A DNA stretch of 64,000 bases from Candidatus Parcubacteria bacterium (GTDB taxonomy: Bacteria; Patescibacteriota; Minisyncoccia; Sungbacterales; SURF-37). Below the pieces are notes generated by a model. That model was not told the origin of the DNA. It searched no databases and saw only the letters and a program-made list of their open reading frames with translations. Made by a program: the position numbers and the translations under genes. This document shows positions 46,721-55,391 of the stretch, one piece after another. Position 1 is the stretch's first letter, and every line of letters starts with the position of its first letter. Where the stretch lies: the NCBI GenBank assembly GCA_003599755.1, contig QZJO01000011.1, positions 2,424-66,423 on the forward strand, given 5' to 3'.

Positions 46721-48247
46721 TTACATGCGCTTGGCTTCCTCGATCGCAGCCGTAAGCGCGGCTTCGGCCGCATCATCCAATGCGCCGGATTTGGCGATTG
46801 GCGCGAGAATAGTATCGCGGTAGCGTTTGTCGAGATAATCGAGGAGTTTGGCCTCGAACGCTTTGACGTCGGCGATGGCGATATCATCCAAATATCCATT
46901 GAGTGCCGCATAGAGCACTACCACTTGTCGCTCGAACGGCACGGGTTCGATGTCGGATTGCTTAAGAATTTCCGTGAGCAGTTCGCCGCGGCGAATTTTT
47001 GCTTTTGTCGCCTCGTCCAGATCCGACGCAAACTGCACGAATGCGGCCAGTTCCCGGAATTGCGCGAGTTCGAGGCGCAAGCGGCCAGCAACTTTTTTCA
47101 TGGCTTTAGTCTGGGCGGTCGAGCCGACGCGCGACACCGAGATGCCGACGTTGACCGCCGGCCGGATGCCGGCGAAAAAGAGTTCGCTCTGGAGGAAAAT
47201 CTGGCCATCGGTGATGGAGATGACGTTGGTCGGAATGTAGGCGGCCACGTCGCCCAGCTTCGTTTCGATAATCGGCAGCGCGGTCAGCGATCCCCCGCCG
47301 TGCTCTTCAGAGAGCTTGGCCGCGCGCTCCAAGAGCCGGGAATGGAGATAGAAAATATCGCCCGGATACGCTTCGCGCCCCGGCGGGCGGCGAAGCAATA
47401 GCGACAATTGGCGATAGGCATCGGCATGCTTGGAAAGATCATCGTAGACCACGAGCGCGTCTTGGCCGCTTTCCATGAAGTATTCGCCGATTGCCGCGCC
47501 GGCGAATGGGGCCAAATATTGCAGCGCTGCCGGCGCAGATGCGGGGGCGGAGACGACGATCGTGTAGGCAAGCGCGCCCTGCTCTTCCAAGAGCTTCACG
47601 ATCTTGGCCACTTTGGAATTTTTCTGGCCGATGGCCACGTAGATGCAGATCACCTGGCGGCGGCCCGGATCTTGGCGCTGGTTCAGAATCGTATCGAGCG
47701 CGATCGCGGTTTTGCCGGTCTGGCGATCGCCGATAATAAGCTCGCGCTGGCCCCGGCCGATCGGAATCATCGCATCGATGGATTTGATGCCGGTGTGCAG
47801 CGGCACGTTGACCGACTCGCGCGCGACCACCGAGGGCGCGTTTTTCTCAAGGCGATTTCTTTGGGCGTTTGCGGCATCCTTGAATATGACGCCCTTGCCG
47901 TCGAGCGGTTCGCCGAGCGGATCGACCACCCGGCCGATAAGCTCGCGGCCCACGGGGATGGAAAGCACCGCGCCGGTTTTTTTCACGCGGTCGCCCACGC
48001 GTACCGCATCGGCATTGCCGAGGATAATCGCGCCGATAAACGCTTCTTCAAGGTTTGCCGCCAAGGCGGTCACCTCGCCCGATGCGGTTTCGATCGCCAA
48101 GAGTTCCTGCGAAACGGCCTCGCCGAGGCCGGATATTTTGGCGATGCCGTCCCCGGTTTCGGTCACGGTCCCGATGCGTTCAAATTCGGGCTCGTCACGG
48201 AAGCCGGCGATTTCGCGTTTCAGTTGTTCGACGATTTCGTGTGCCAT
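46721..48247 (-). CDS. atpA: F0F1 ATP synthase subunit alpha
   Basis: Walker [12 protein letters not shown]; alpha-subunit conserved blocks. Confidence 0.95.
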   Translation of the reverse strand: MAHEIVEQLKREIAGFRDEPEFERIGTVTETGDGIAKISGLGEAVSQELLAIETASGEVTALAANLEEAFIGAIILGNADAVRVGDRVKKTGAVLSIPVGRELIGRVVDPLGEPLDGKGVIFKDAANAQRNRLEKNAPSVVARESVNVPLHTGIKSIDAMIPIGRGQRELIIGDRQTGKTAIALDTILNQRQDPGRRQVICIYVAIGQKNSKVAKIVKLLEEQGALAYTIVVSAPASAPAALQYLAPFAGAAIGEYFMESGQDALVVYDDLSKHADAYRQLSLLLRRPPGREAYPGDIFYLHSRLLERAAKLSEEHGGGSLTALPIIETKLGDVAAYIPTNVISITDGQIFLQSELFFAGIRPAVNVGISVSRVGSTAQTKAMKKVAGRLRLELAQFRELAAFVQFASDLDEATKAKIRRGELLTEILKQSDIEPVPFERQVVVLYAALNGYLDDIAIADVKAFEAKLLDYLDKRYRDTILAPIAKSGALDDAAEAALTAAIEEAKRM

Positions 48248-48262
48248 GCTGCAGTCAGTGTG

Positions 48263-48649
48263 TTATCGCGATCCGGAGAACAGGCGGTTGAGTTTGCGCG
48301 CGAATGACATATCGAGCTCTTCTTCGCCGTCGACGGTGACGCGCGCGCCGGCGATGAGCGACGGATCGACGGCCGTCTCGACATGATCGGGCGCGGGAAA
48401 GCGCTTGCGGAATCGTGCGACGATTTCGTTGGATGCCGGCCGCGCGAACGTCACGCGGACCCAGCGGCCGCCGCGGCTTTTGACCAAGCGTCGTTCGATG
48501 GCCGCGACGATATCGTTCGCGCGCGATAGGTCGCCGTGCTTGGCGACCGCTTGGACGAATCGGCGCACGATGCGGGCGTGCTGGCCGGCAGGCGCTTCGT
48601 CGATGGCGGCAAGGAAAGCAGCTGCGTAGCGATCCGTAGTATGGCGCAT
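48263..48649 (-). CDS. atpH: F0F1 ATP synthase subunit delta (OSCP), short form (128 aa)
   Basis: Positional (between atpF and atpA) and OSCP-like start (YAAAFLAAIDE...); unusually short. Confidence 0.65.
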   Translation of the reverse strand: MRHTTDRYAAAFLAAIDEAPAGQHARIVRRFVQAVAKHGDLSRANDIVAAIERRLVKSRGGRWVRVTFARPASNEIVARFRKRFPAPDHVETAVDPSLIAGARVTVDGEEELDMSFARKLNRLFSGSR

Positions 48650-48654
48650 AGCGG

Positions 48655-49146
48655 TCAGCGGCTTTCGAGCGCTCGACGAATGAGCGCTTCGTCCACGGCC
48701 TTGGGATCTAGTTCGACGGTTTTGGCGATTGCCGCACGGATGATGCCCTGCGCCTCGCGGGAGACCGCATCAAGGGAGGCCAGTCGCTGGCGTTCGAGGG
48801 TTTGGGCCGCTTGGCGGGCGACCTCGTCTGATTTTTTCATCGCCACGGCGAGGATTTCTTGGGCGCGGTGCTTGCCCTCGCCCTCGGCTTTGCCGATGAT
48901 CTCGGCTGCTGCGGCGTCGGCTTCGAGGAGTTTCGCGGTGCGTTCTTCTTCGATCGCGGCAAGGCGGCGTTCCGCTTCTGCGGCGCCGGCGAGGCCGAAT
49001 TCGATCCGCTGGCGGCGCTCGGCCAATAGCGCCAAGAGCGGGCGCCAGACCAAGAAAGTGAGCGCGGCGAGGATTAAAAAGAAATTAACTCCCTGCGCGA
49101 TGAGGAGCCGCCAATCGATACCGAGTTGGTGGAAGAGATCGGACAC
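48655..49146 (-). CDS. atpF: F0F1 ATP synthase subunit b
   Basis: Single N-terminal TM helix then a long charged alpha-helix; positional. Confidence 0.8.
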   Translation of the reverse strand: MSDLFHQLGIDWRLLIAQGVNFFLILAALTFLVWRPLLALLAERRQRIEFGLAGAAEAERRLAAIEEERTAKLLEADAAAAEIIGKAEGEGKHRAQEILAVAMKKSDEVARQAAQTLERQRLASLDAVSREAQGIIRAAIAKTVELDPKAVDEALIRRALESR

Positions 49147-49161
49147 GGAACGCGAACGTTG

Positions 49162-49392
49162 TTATTCAACGAATTTGAGGATGAGCGCGGTTACCAGCGC
49201 ATAGATGGCGATGGCTTCGGCAAACGCGATCGCGAGAATCATCGCGGTCTGGACTTTGGGGGCTGCCTCGGGGTTGCGGCCAATGGCATCGGCGCCTTTC
49301 GAGCCGATCCAGCCGATGGCAACCGCCGGCGCGATCGTGCCGAGCGCCATGATGCCGGCGATCGCGAAGAGTCGAGCGGTTTCTGCTTCCAT
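49162..49392 (-). CDS. atpE: F0F1 ATP synthase subunit c
   Basis: Two-helix hairpin with GxGxGxG packing motif and conserved carboxylate (AIAFAEAIAIYALV). Confidence 0.9.
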   Translation of the reverse strand: MEAETARLFAIAGIMALGTIAPAVAIGWIGSKGADAIGRNPEAAPKVQTAMILAIAFAEAIAIYALVTALILKFVE

Positions 49393-49442
49393 GGGTTCTT
49401 TCTTGCGGAATTAAGCGGAACGACCTTTATCAATCATGCCGG

Positions 49443-50192
49443 TCAGTGATGCGCGGCATCTTCCCGTACGGCTGACGCGATGAACACGAGCGTCAGCATG
49501 GAAAAGATGAGCGCCTGCACGAACCCGACGAAGATTTCCAAAAAAAGAAACGGCAGGGGGATGAAGTATGGGACGAGGAATCCGACGATCGTCAGCAATA
49601 CTTCCCCTGCGAATACGTTCCCGAACAACCGGAACGAGAACGAGATGATCTTAACAAATTCGGAGATAAATTCAAGGATTCCGGCGAAGGTGAGGATCGG
49701 GCTTTGGAGCGTGAAAAACTTCCCGAAATGGCGGAAAAAGCCGATTGCGGTTACGCCCAGGATGTTGGTCGCGAAGACCGATATAACCGCAAGCGCCAGC
49801 GTGAAGTTGAGGTCCGCCGCCGGAGCGCGGAACAGCGGCACCAAGACGCGATGGCCGTCGTGTTCCTGATATAGGCCGATGGATCCGATGCCCGGCAGAA
49901 GGCCGAGCCAGTTGGATATAAGAATGAAGAGAAAGACGGTGGCGATGAGCGGGAAGTAGCGTACGGACAGGTGCCGGCTGCCGAACAGCGTATCCATGAG
50001 CCCAAGCCCCTGCTCAATGAAGAGCTCGACGATGCTTTGCAGCCTTCCCGGTACAGGGGCCAGCGAGCGGCGCAGCGCAAAACCAATCGCGGCGAGAAGC
50101 AACACCGCGATGGTGGAAAGCAGGAGGGCGTTGGTGACCGCGAGCGGTCCGAGGTGAAAAAGTTCTTCGGCGCGGATGGATATTTCGGGCAT
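49443..50192 (-). CDS. atpB: F0F1 ATP synthase subunit a
   Basis: Five-TM subunit-a pattern with the conserved Arg in the penultimate helix (FSFRLFGNVFAGE). Confidence 0.9.
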   Translation of the reverse strand: MPEISIRAEELFHLGPLAVTNALLLSTIAVLLLAAIGFALRRSLAPVPGRLQSIVELFIEQGLGLMDTLFGSRHLSVRYFPLIATVFLFILISNWLGLLPGIGSIGLYQEHDGHRVLVPLFRAPAADLNFTLALAVISVFATNILGVTAIGFFRHFGKFFTLQSPILTFAGILEFISEFVKIISFSFRLFGNVFAGEVLLTIVGFLVPYFIPLPFLFLEIFVGFVQALIFSMLTLVFIASAVREDAAHH

Positions 50193-50278
50193 AACGAAAC
50201 GATTCTAGCCATTTTTCGGCTATTCGGCAAGGCTGCGGGTGCTTGCGATGTTTTTCGAGTTGACACGTGTATCACAAC

Positions 50279-50289
50279 TTAGTCAAATA
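50279..50289 (-). promoter_or_regulatory. Third copy of the TTAGTCAA(A/G)TA upstream motif, about 90 nt upstream of atpB (candidate atp operon promoter)
   Basis: TTAGTCAAATA, versus TTAGTCAAGTA at 1412-1422 and 2000-2010. Gene-orientation reading contains TTGACT. Confidence 0.35.
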
Positions 50290-50470
50290 TTGACCCGCTG
50301 GTTACTTTGATGTATCGAATACGGTCCCAGGAATTGAGAGCATTGTCGCGCCGACCCCTTCTGCCCCGAGCGCCTCGTTGGGCCTTCCGGGGAGGAGGGA
50401 TCGGGACATCTCAGTGTCCGGCCGCATGTCGAGTGGCTCAAGGGTAAAGCGCCCCCTCCACGCACGACCT

Positions 50471-50614
50471 ATGCGCCGAGTACTGGGCCTTGCCCTGCTG
50501 ATCATCGTGCTCCGAATCCTCGTGCCGCGGATTTATGCCGCGTTCGAGGGTTTCTCGGTCACGGCGTTCGGCCAGGCCGCCACCCTTCTCAATAGCCTGC
50601 CGCCGCGCGAATAG
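50471..50614 (+). CDS. Possible small membrane protein (47 aa), MRRVLGLALLIIVLRILVPRIYAAFEGF...
   Basis: Followed 17 nt later by a strong plus-strand intrinsic terminator. No clear SD, so weak. Confidence 0.25.
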   Translation: MRRVLGLALLIIVLRILVPRIYAAFEGFSVTAFGQAATLLNSLPPRE

Positions 50615-50630
50615 GCGGCAGCATCAAAGC

Positions 50631-50664
50631 AACGGACGTTCCCAGCCGGGAACGTCCGTTTTGC
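50631..50664 (+). terminator. Intrinsic terminator (perfect 12-bp stem ACGGACGTTCCC/GGGAACGTCCGT, then TTTT)
   Basis: Read directly; T-run on the plus strand. Confidence 0.6.
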
Positions 50665-50717
50665 AGGTATGACGGACTTATGAAAACACTACCTGTTCGG
50701 TGTGGGTCCTCCCTGCT

Positions 50718-51293
50718 CTAGCCGGTAAAAAAGCGCCGCAGGAATCCGGCAAGCTTATCCCCTTTGCCGGCGATCAAGCCAAGGATAATCAGCGCGGCGG
50801 CAAAAACAATGAAATAGTACCACCCGCTCTGATAGAATGTGCCACCGATAAGGAAAAAGATGATCGTCCCGGGCAAATTGCCGATAAGCGTTGAGAAGAA
50901 AAATTTCCAAAAACCGACCGTGGTCAGACCCGCTGCGTAGCTGATGTAGTCGAATACCGCATTGGACGGCAGGCGCAAGAGCACGAGCGTCCAGAATTTG
51001 CTCCGTTCGGAAATTTGGCGCTCCCATTCGGCAAGCTTCCCGAGCGACGCGAAGCGTCGCACTGCGGGCTCGCGGAAGCGCCGCGCGATCAAAAACGCCG
51101 TCGAGGCGCCGAACATTAGGCCGATCTCGCCGAGAATGAACGCTCGAATCGGTCCGAACAGAGCCATGCCGGCAAGATCAATAAATCCGCCCGGAATCGG
51201 CGGGATAATAATGGCCAGCGCTCGGATTGCTGTATAGAAGACCGGCGCGAGCACCGGATAGCCGGCAAGAAACTGCTGGAGACCCTCCCCCAT
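50718..51293 (-). CDS. DedA / VTT (TVP38/TMEM64) family membrane protein, second copy in the window
   Basis: VTT-domain-like pattern (...IIPPIPGGFIDLAGMALFGPIRAF...RLPSNAVFDYISYAAG...). Confidence 0.6.
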   Translation of the reverse strand: MGEGLQQFLAGYPVLAPVFYTAIRALAIIIPPIPGGFIDLAGMALFGPIRAFILGEIGLMFGASTAFLIARRFREPAVRRFASLGKLAEWERQISERSKFWTLVLLRLPSNAVFDYISYAAGLTTVGFWKFFFSTLIGNLPGTIIFFLIGGTFYQSGWYYFIVFAAALIILGLIAGKGDKLAGFLRRFFTG

Positions 51294-51361
51294 AGGTAAG
51301 ATTTGACTTTATACGTCGTCTGGTATATTACGAACGGCACCACGCACCAGGAGGTGCACCG

Positions 51362-51598
51362 ATGGAGAAGCACATTGGGAGCGCATTGGCGATCCTTTCG
51401 GTCGTCGCGACGTACGGATACATGGCGTGGGATTTTTATTGGCATCCCCCGTGTCCGGCATGCGGCGACAACCTCCGTGGGAACCCTCGCCGGATCTCCC
51501 GGTTTCGCGGAACATGCCAGATCCACGGCGAGTTCGGGAGTGCTGCCTGGGACTGGCCGCGGTGGGCTTTGGCGCGGGCTACACCTCCTCGATCGTAG
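51362..51598 (+). CDS. Small protein (78 aa) with N-terminal TM helix and CPxCG...CxxH zinc-ribbon-like segment
   Basis: AGGAGG RBS 7 nt upstream of the ATG. Strong intrinsic terminator 13 nt downstream. Confidence 0.45.
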   Translation: MEKHIGSALAILSVVATYGYMAWDFYWHPPCPACGDNLRGNPRRISRFRGTCQIHGEFGSAAWDWPRWALARATPPRS

Positions 51599-51611
51599 CA
51601 GAGCAGCAAGC

Positions 51612-51648
51612 GGCGTCCCGATCCATTGGGACGCCGCGCATTTTATTT
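51612..51648 (+). terminator. Intrinsic terminator (GGCGTCCC...GGGACGCC, then GCGCATTTTATTT)
   Basis: Read directly; between convergent genes. Confidence 0.55.
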
Positions 51649-51657
51649 AAAGAAATG

Positions 51658-52077
51658 TTATTGCCACGCGCCGATAATCGCGCCCATGACCAGTAGCGAG
51701 ACGAGCCACTGAGCGCCGTTGAGCGCGACGAGTCCCCAGGGCTTCCCTTCCCAAAGCGCGGCGCCCGCCGTGATCGGGAGGACGAACCCGAGCCAGTTCC
51801 AAAACGCGCCCTGCAGTCCGGCATTGATGCCCGACGCGTTGGTGTAGGCCATGCCGAACTCGATCGAGTGCGCGAGGACGTAGGCCATGACGAGCGCGCC
51901 GATGAATCCGCCGATGGTTGCTCCCAGCGGCGTCATCTTCATGGCCTTCATGCTTTCACCCGTGAAGCCCATGTAGCGCTTCCACATGCTGCCGAACAGG
52001 GGGCCGTACCAGAGAAACCCGACCGCCATACTCGCGACCGCAGCTGCAACTACCGCGACGTAATTGATAGGAACCAT
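51658..52077 (-). CDS. DUF1761-like membrane protein (139 aa)
   Basis: MVPINYVAVVAAAVASMAVGFLWYGPLFG... is the typical DUF1761 start and size. Confidence 0.5.
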   Translation of the reverse strand: MVPINYVAVVAAAVASMAVGFLWYGPLFGSMWKRYMGFTGESMKAMKMTPLGATIGGFIGALVMAYVLAHSIEFGMAYTNASGINAGLQGAFWNWLGFVLPITAGAALWEGKPWGLVALNGAQWLVSLLVMGAIIGAWQ

Positions 52078-52080
52078 GGG

Positions 52081-53163
52081 TTACTGCCTTAGGGGCTTAT
52101 TATCCTCACTATAAGGAGGACGGGAATGTAAGACAAACATGGCGTCCCCAAAGGAGAACAGCCGGAACCGGCGGCGAATCGCCGTGCGATACAGCCCGAG
52201 GAGTTTTGCCCGGCCCACGAACGCGGCGACGAGCATCAGTAAACTGGATTTGGGGACGTGGAAATTTGTAATCATGCCGTCCACGAATTGGAATCGGTAG
52301 CCGGGGCGAATGAAGAGGCGCGTTTTGCCGGTTCGTTTTCGCAATACGCCCCTTGCATCGGCGGCCGATTCGAGCGCGCGTACAACCGTGGTGCCGACCG
52401 CAATGATCGGCCGGCCTTGTTGCTTTGCGCGTTCCAGGCGTCGCGCAGCCGCGGCCGGAATCGCATAGTACTCCGCATGCAGCCGGCCGGTCCGGATTGC
52501 GCGATCATTGAGCGGCGCGAATGTCCCAAGGTGCACGTGCAAGGTGATGCGTTCGATCGCGATCCCCCGCCGCTCGAGTTTTTTCATAAGCGCGGGCGTG
52601 AAATGGAGCGATGCGGTCGGCGCGGCCACGGAACCGGGCACGCGGGCAAACACGCTTTGGTACTCGCGGTGAAGCTTGCGGGCCGAGAGCGGCGTTCCTT
52701 TGATATAGGGCGGAATCGGCGCCTGGCCGTAGCGTTCCAGGATCGTTCGCAAGCGGCGCATGGGGAACAAGAGCTTGATGCGCCACGCTTCGCCGACGCG
52801 ACGGAGTACCCGGAAGCGCGTTTGCTCGGGCCCGCAAAGCAGCATGCCTGGCGCGAGCGCTTTGGGCGCGAGCGCGAGAAAACCTCGCCGATCAAACGAG
52901 AGCGCGAGTAATGCCACCGCGCCGCCGCTCGCCTTGTGCACGACCAGGCGCGCGGGAATGACTTTCGTTTCGTTGATGACGAGCACCGCGCGGTCCGGCA
53001 GATAGCGGCCGATATTCCGGAATACGTCGAATGCCGTGCGCCCGGTACGCATATCGTGCACGAGCAGCCGCGCGCTATCGCGCGGCTTGGCCGGTTTGTT
53101 GGCGATGAGGTGCGCCGGCGCGCGATAGTCGTAGGGCGCGAGCGCGGCGAGGCGCGAGGTCAT
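52081..53163 (-). CDS. queA: S-adenosylmethionine:tRNA ribosyltransferase-isomerase
   Basis: Conserved QueA blocks (YDYRAPAHLIANKPA...; LHFTPALMKKLERRGIAIERITLHVHLGTFAPL). Start trimmed to MTSRL (ATG 53161-53163); the ORF track starts at 53217. Confidence 0.85.
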   Translation of the reverse strand: MTSRLAALAPYDYRAPAHLIANKPAKPRDSARLLVHDMRTGRTAFDVFRNIGRYLPDRAVLVINETKVIPARLVVHKASGGAVALLALSFDRRGFLALAPKALAPGMLLCGPEQTRFRVLRRVGEAWRIKLLFPMRRLRTILERYGQAPIPPYIKGTPLSARKLHREYQSVFARVPGSVAAPTASLHFTPALMKKLERRGIAIERITLHVHLGTFAPLNDRAIRTGRLHAEYYAIPAAAARRLERAKQQGRPIIAVGTTVVRALESAADARGVLRKRTGKTRLFIRPGYRFQFVDGMITNFHVPKSSLLMLVAAFVGRAKLLGLYRTAIRRRFRLFSFGDAMFVLHSRPPYSEDNKPLRQ

Positions 53164-54296
53164 ACCGTACCCCGCCGAATCCCCTCCCGGATGCGCGCTA
53201 CGTACGCATTGAACCAAAAGAGATTATGGAACGTGATGAGGGTAAGCGGCGTGATCTCATGCGCGCGCAACAGATGCGTGAGGTACGCGCGGCTATAGTT
53301 TTTACACGTGGGGCAGGCACAGGCCGCGTCGATCGGCCGATGGTCATTGAGGCACGACCGCCTTTTCAGATCCAAGCGTCCCTTGGCAACAAATGCGATG
53401 CCGCGGCGGGCGTAATGAGTCGGCACGATACAATCGAACGTATCCACGCCCGCGCGTATGATTTTCGGGATATCTTCGGGGTAGCCGATGCCGAGTAGGT
53501 GGCGCGGTTTTTCTTCGGGCAGCGTGTCGGTTACCCATCGAATCATGCGGATCATCTCGGGTTTTGAAGCGCCGAATTCGCCGCCGATGCCGAACCCCTC
53601 AAATCCGAGCTTGCCGATGAACAGAGCGCTTTTCTGGCGAAGGTCCTGGTATTTCCCGCCCTGCACGATGCCGTAGAGCGCCTGCTTCTTCGAATGCTCG
53701 TTGAGCGACAGTTCGGCCCAGCGGTGCGTGCGCCGCAGCGATTCTTCGTGATACGCGCGCGTGGCCTGCGGCGGCGGGCATTCGTCGAAGGCGAACGCGA
53801 TATCCGCGCCGAGCGCGGCCTGGATACGCATGGACGATTTTGGATCAAGGTAGAGTTTTTTGCCGTCGATGTACGAGCGGAACGTCACGCCGCGCTCATC
53901 GATCCGTACGAGTTTGGGCTGGGAGCCGGGCTTGATGATCGGGCGCTTGTCCTCCTTGAGAATTTTGGTGGTACCCCGATCCATGCCGAACCCGAGCGAG
54001 AATACTTGGAAGCCGCCCGAGTCGGTCATGAGCGGCCGCGGCCAATGCATGAACGCATGCAGGCCGCCGTGCTTTTTCACGATCCCTTCGCCCGGCCGGA
54101 GATGCAGGTGGTACGTATTGCAAATCAGAAGCTGAGTACCGGTTGCAAGCACCTGGTCGGCAGTCATGGCTTTGACCGTCGCTTGGGTGGCAACGGGTAC
54201 GAGCGTCGGAGTTTGGACTTCGCCGTGCGGCGTCTTCAATAAGCCGAGGCGCGCGCGGCTTTTCTTTGACTCCTGGAGAATGCGGAATGAAATCAT
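53160..54296 (-). CDS. tgt: Queuine tRNA-ribosyltransferase (tRNA-guanine transglycosylase)
   Basis: TPHGEVQTPTLVPVATQATVK, DSGGFQV, and zinc site CxCxxC...H (CACPTCKNYSRAYLTHL). 4-nt overlap with queA. Confidence 0.9.
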   Translation of the reverse strand: MISFRILQESKKSRARLGLLKTPHGEVQTPTLVPVATQATVKAMTADQVLATGTQLLICNTYHLHLRPGEGIVKKHGGLHAFMHWPRPLMTDSGGFQVFSLGFGMDRGTTKILKEDKRPIIKPGSQPKLVRIDERGVTFRSYIDGKKLYLDPKSSMRIQAALGADIAFAFDECPPPQATRAYHEESLRRTHRWAELSLNEHSKKQALYGIVQGGKYQDLRQKSALFIGKLGFEGFGIGGEFGASKPEMIRMIRWVTDTLPEEKPRHLLGIGYPEDIPKIIRAGVDTFDCIVPTHYARRGIAFVAKGRLDLKRRSCLNDHRPIDAACACPTCKNYSRAYLTHLLRAHEITPLTLITFHNLFWFNAYVARIREGIRRGTV

Positions 54297-54517
54297 AAAT
54301 CGGCGATCTCGATAACCTTGGTGCGGCTTGCCGCGCCGGATGTGATGCGCACGGCTGACGGCGGGACATCGAAATGTTCGGCGATCGCGCGGATCACTGC
54401 TTCGTTGGCTCTGCCATCAACGGGGCGTTCGCGTACGCGCACGCGAAACTCCAGCGGTCCGATCCCATCAACGGAGACCATGCGGCTTCCGGTCGTTACG
54501 TGTATGCGGATGCGCAT
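54293..54517 (-). CDS. DUF167 (YggU-like) small protein
   Basis: VRERPVDGRANEAVIRAIAEHFDVPPSAVRITSGAASRTKVIEI is the DUF167 signature. Overlaps the tgt start by 4 nt. Confidence 0.7.
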   Translation of the reverse strand: MRIRIHVTTGSRMVSVDGIGPLEFRVRVRERPVDGRANEAVIRAIAEHFDVPPSAVRITSGAASRTKVIEIADL

Positions 54518-54553
54518 CTCGGTAGTGAGGTCTCGAAATTAGTCGGAAGTAGG

Positions 54554-54994
54554 TCAGTCCTTGAGCAGCGACTCTAATGTTTTGTCGACAGTGATTCGTG
54601 CATTTCGCTCCCGTAGGGTATGCACGAGAGCATAGAGCTGCTGCCGTGTGAACGGCCGCGTATGGATCGTGAACGCGAATTGCCCGTTTCTGTCGTAAAC
54701 GTCAATTAAAGGGAATCGTTGCGAGGTTAAGCGAAATGCAGGCCTCACTACGATCTTTACAATGTCATCGACAAGAATACGCCGACGCACGAAGAAAAAA
54801 GCTGATTCGAGAGAGCCGCCCTCTAGTCGTAGCCAAGTACCACGAAGGATAAGGAATAAGAACGCCAACGCCCCTATAACGATCAACGCCCCGAAAAGCA
54901 ATGCTGCAAGCGTTCCCGCGGCCGAAACGAGAATAGCACCCATGAGCATTAACAGGGGGAGGATCCAATTGGTGGAAAACGGAGGTCGATACAT
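54554..54994 (-). CDS. Membrane protein with two N-terminal TM helices and a small C-terminal domain (146 aa)
   Basis: Hydrophobic N-half; soluble C-half; no family assigned. Confidence 0.4.
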   Translation of the reverse strand: MYRPPFSTNWILPLLMLMGAILVSAAGTLAALLFGALIVIGALAFLFLILRGTWLRLEGGSLESAFFFVRRRILVDDIVKIVVRPAFRLTSQRFPLIDVYDRNGQFAFTIHTRPFTRQQLYALVHTLRERNARITVDKTLESLLKD

Positions 54995-55036
54995 GAGTGT
55001 AGTGGCTTATCACGCAGCGCATGCTTTTACATATGG

Positions 55037-55321
55037 TCAGCGACGCCTCCAGAACCGGCGTCGTTTGACGTAGATTTCCTGCCACCAAAATTGGCCTGCC
55101 GAAAATCCCGCCAATGCCCCGGCTGCCAGGAGGATGAATGAAAGGATGTTGTGGATGAGGACCCAGGTCTCCCAGGTCCAGCCGAATCCGTAGCGTGAAA
55201 AGTCCTCAAGAAGCAACCCGATGTACCAGGTTTCGATGACCGCATGGGCGATGAATTGTACGAGGATGCCGAGTACGGTAAACGCGGCGATGTAGACGAC
55301 GCGCTTCGAAAGAGAGCTCAT
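55037..55321 (-). CDS. Small membrane protein (94 aa), Trp-rich
   Basis: Three hydrophobic helices, basic tail RRRFWRRR. Confidence 0.4.
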   Translation of the reverse strand: MSSLSKRVVYIAAFTVLGILVQFIAHAVIETWYIGLLLEDFSRYGFGWTWETWVLIHNILSFILLAAGALAGFSAGQFWWQEIYVKRRRFWRRR

Positions 55322-55391
55322 GCCAGCAGTATAGCATTTTTTTAAATGAGCGCGGGACCGGCGGCTGCCGGTCCCGGGATTGGCTGGAGAG

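Noticed and set aside
50302-50505. 67-aa minus ORF upstream of atpB as a candidate atpI
   Set aside because: Not hydrophobic, whereas AtpI/AtpZ are membrane proteins. No RBS. It lies in the promoter region.
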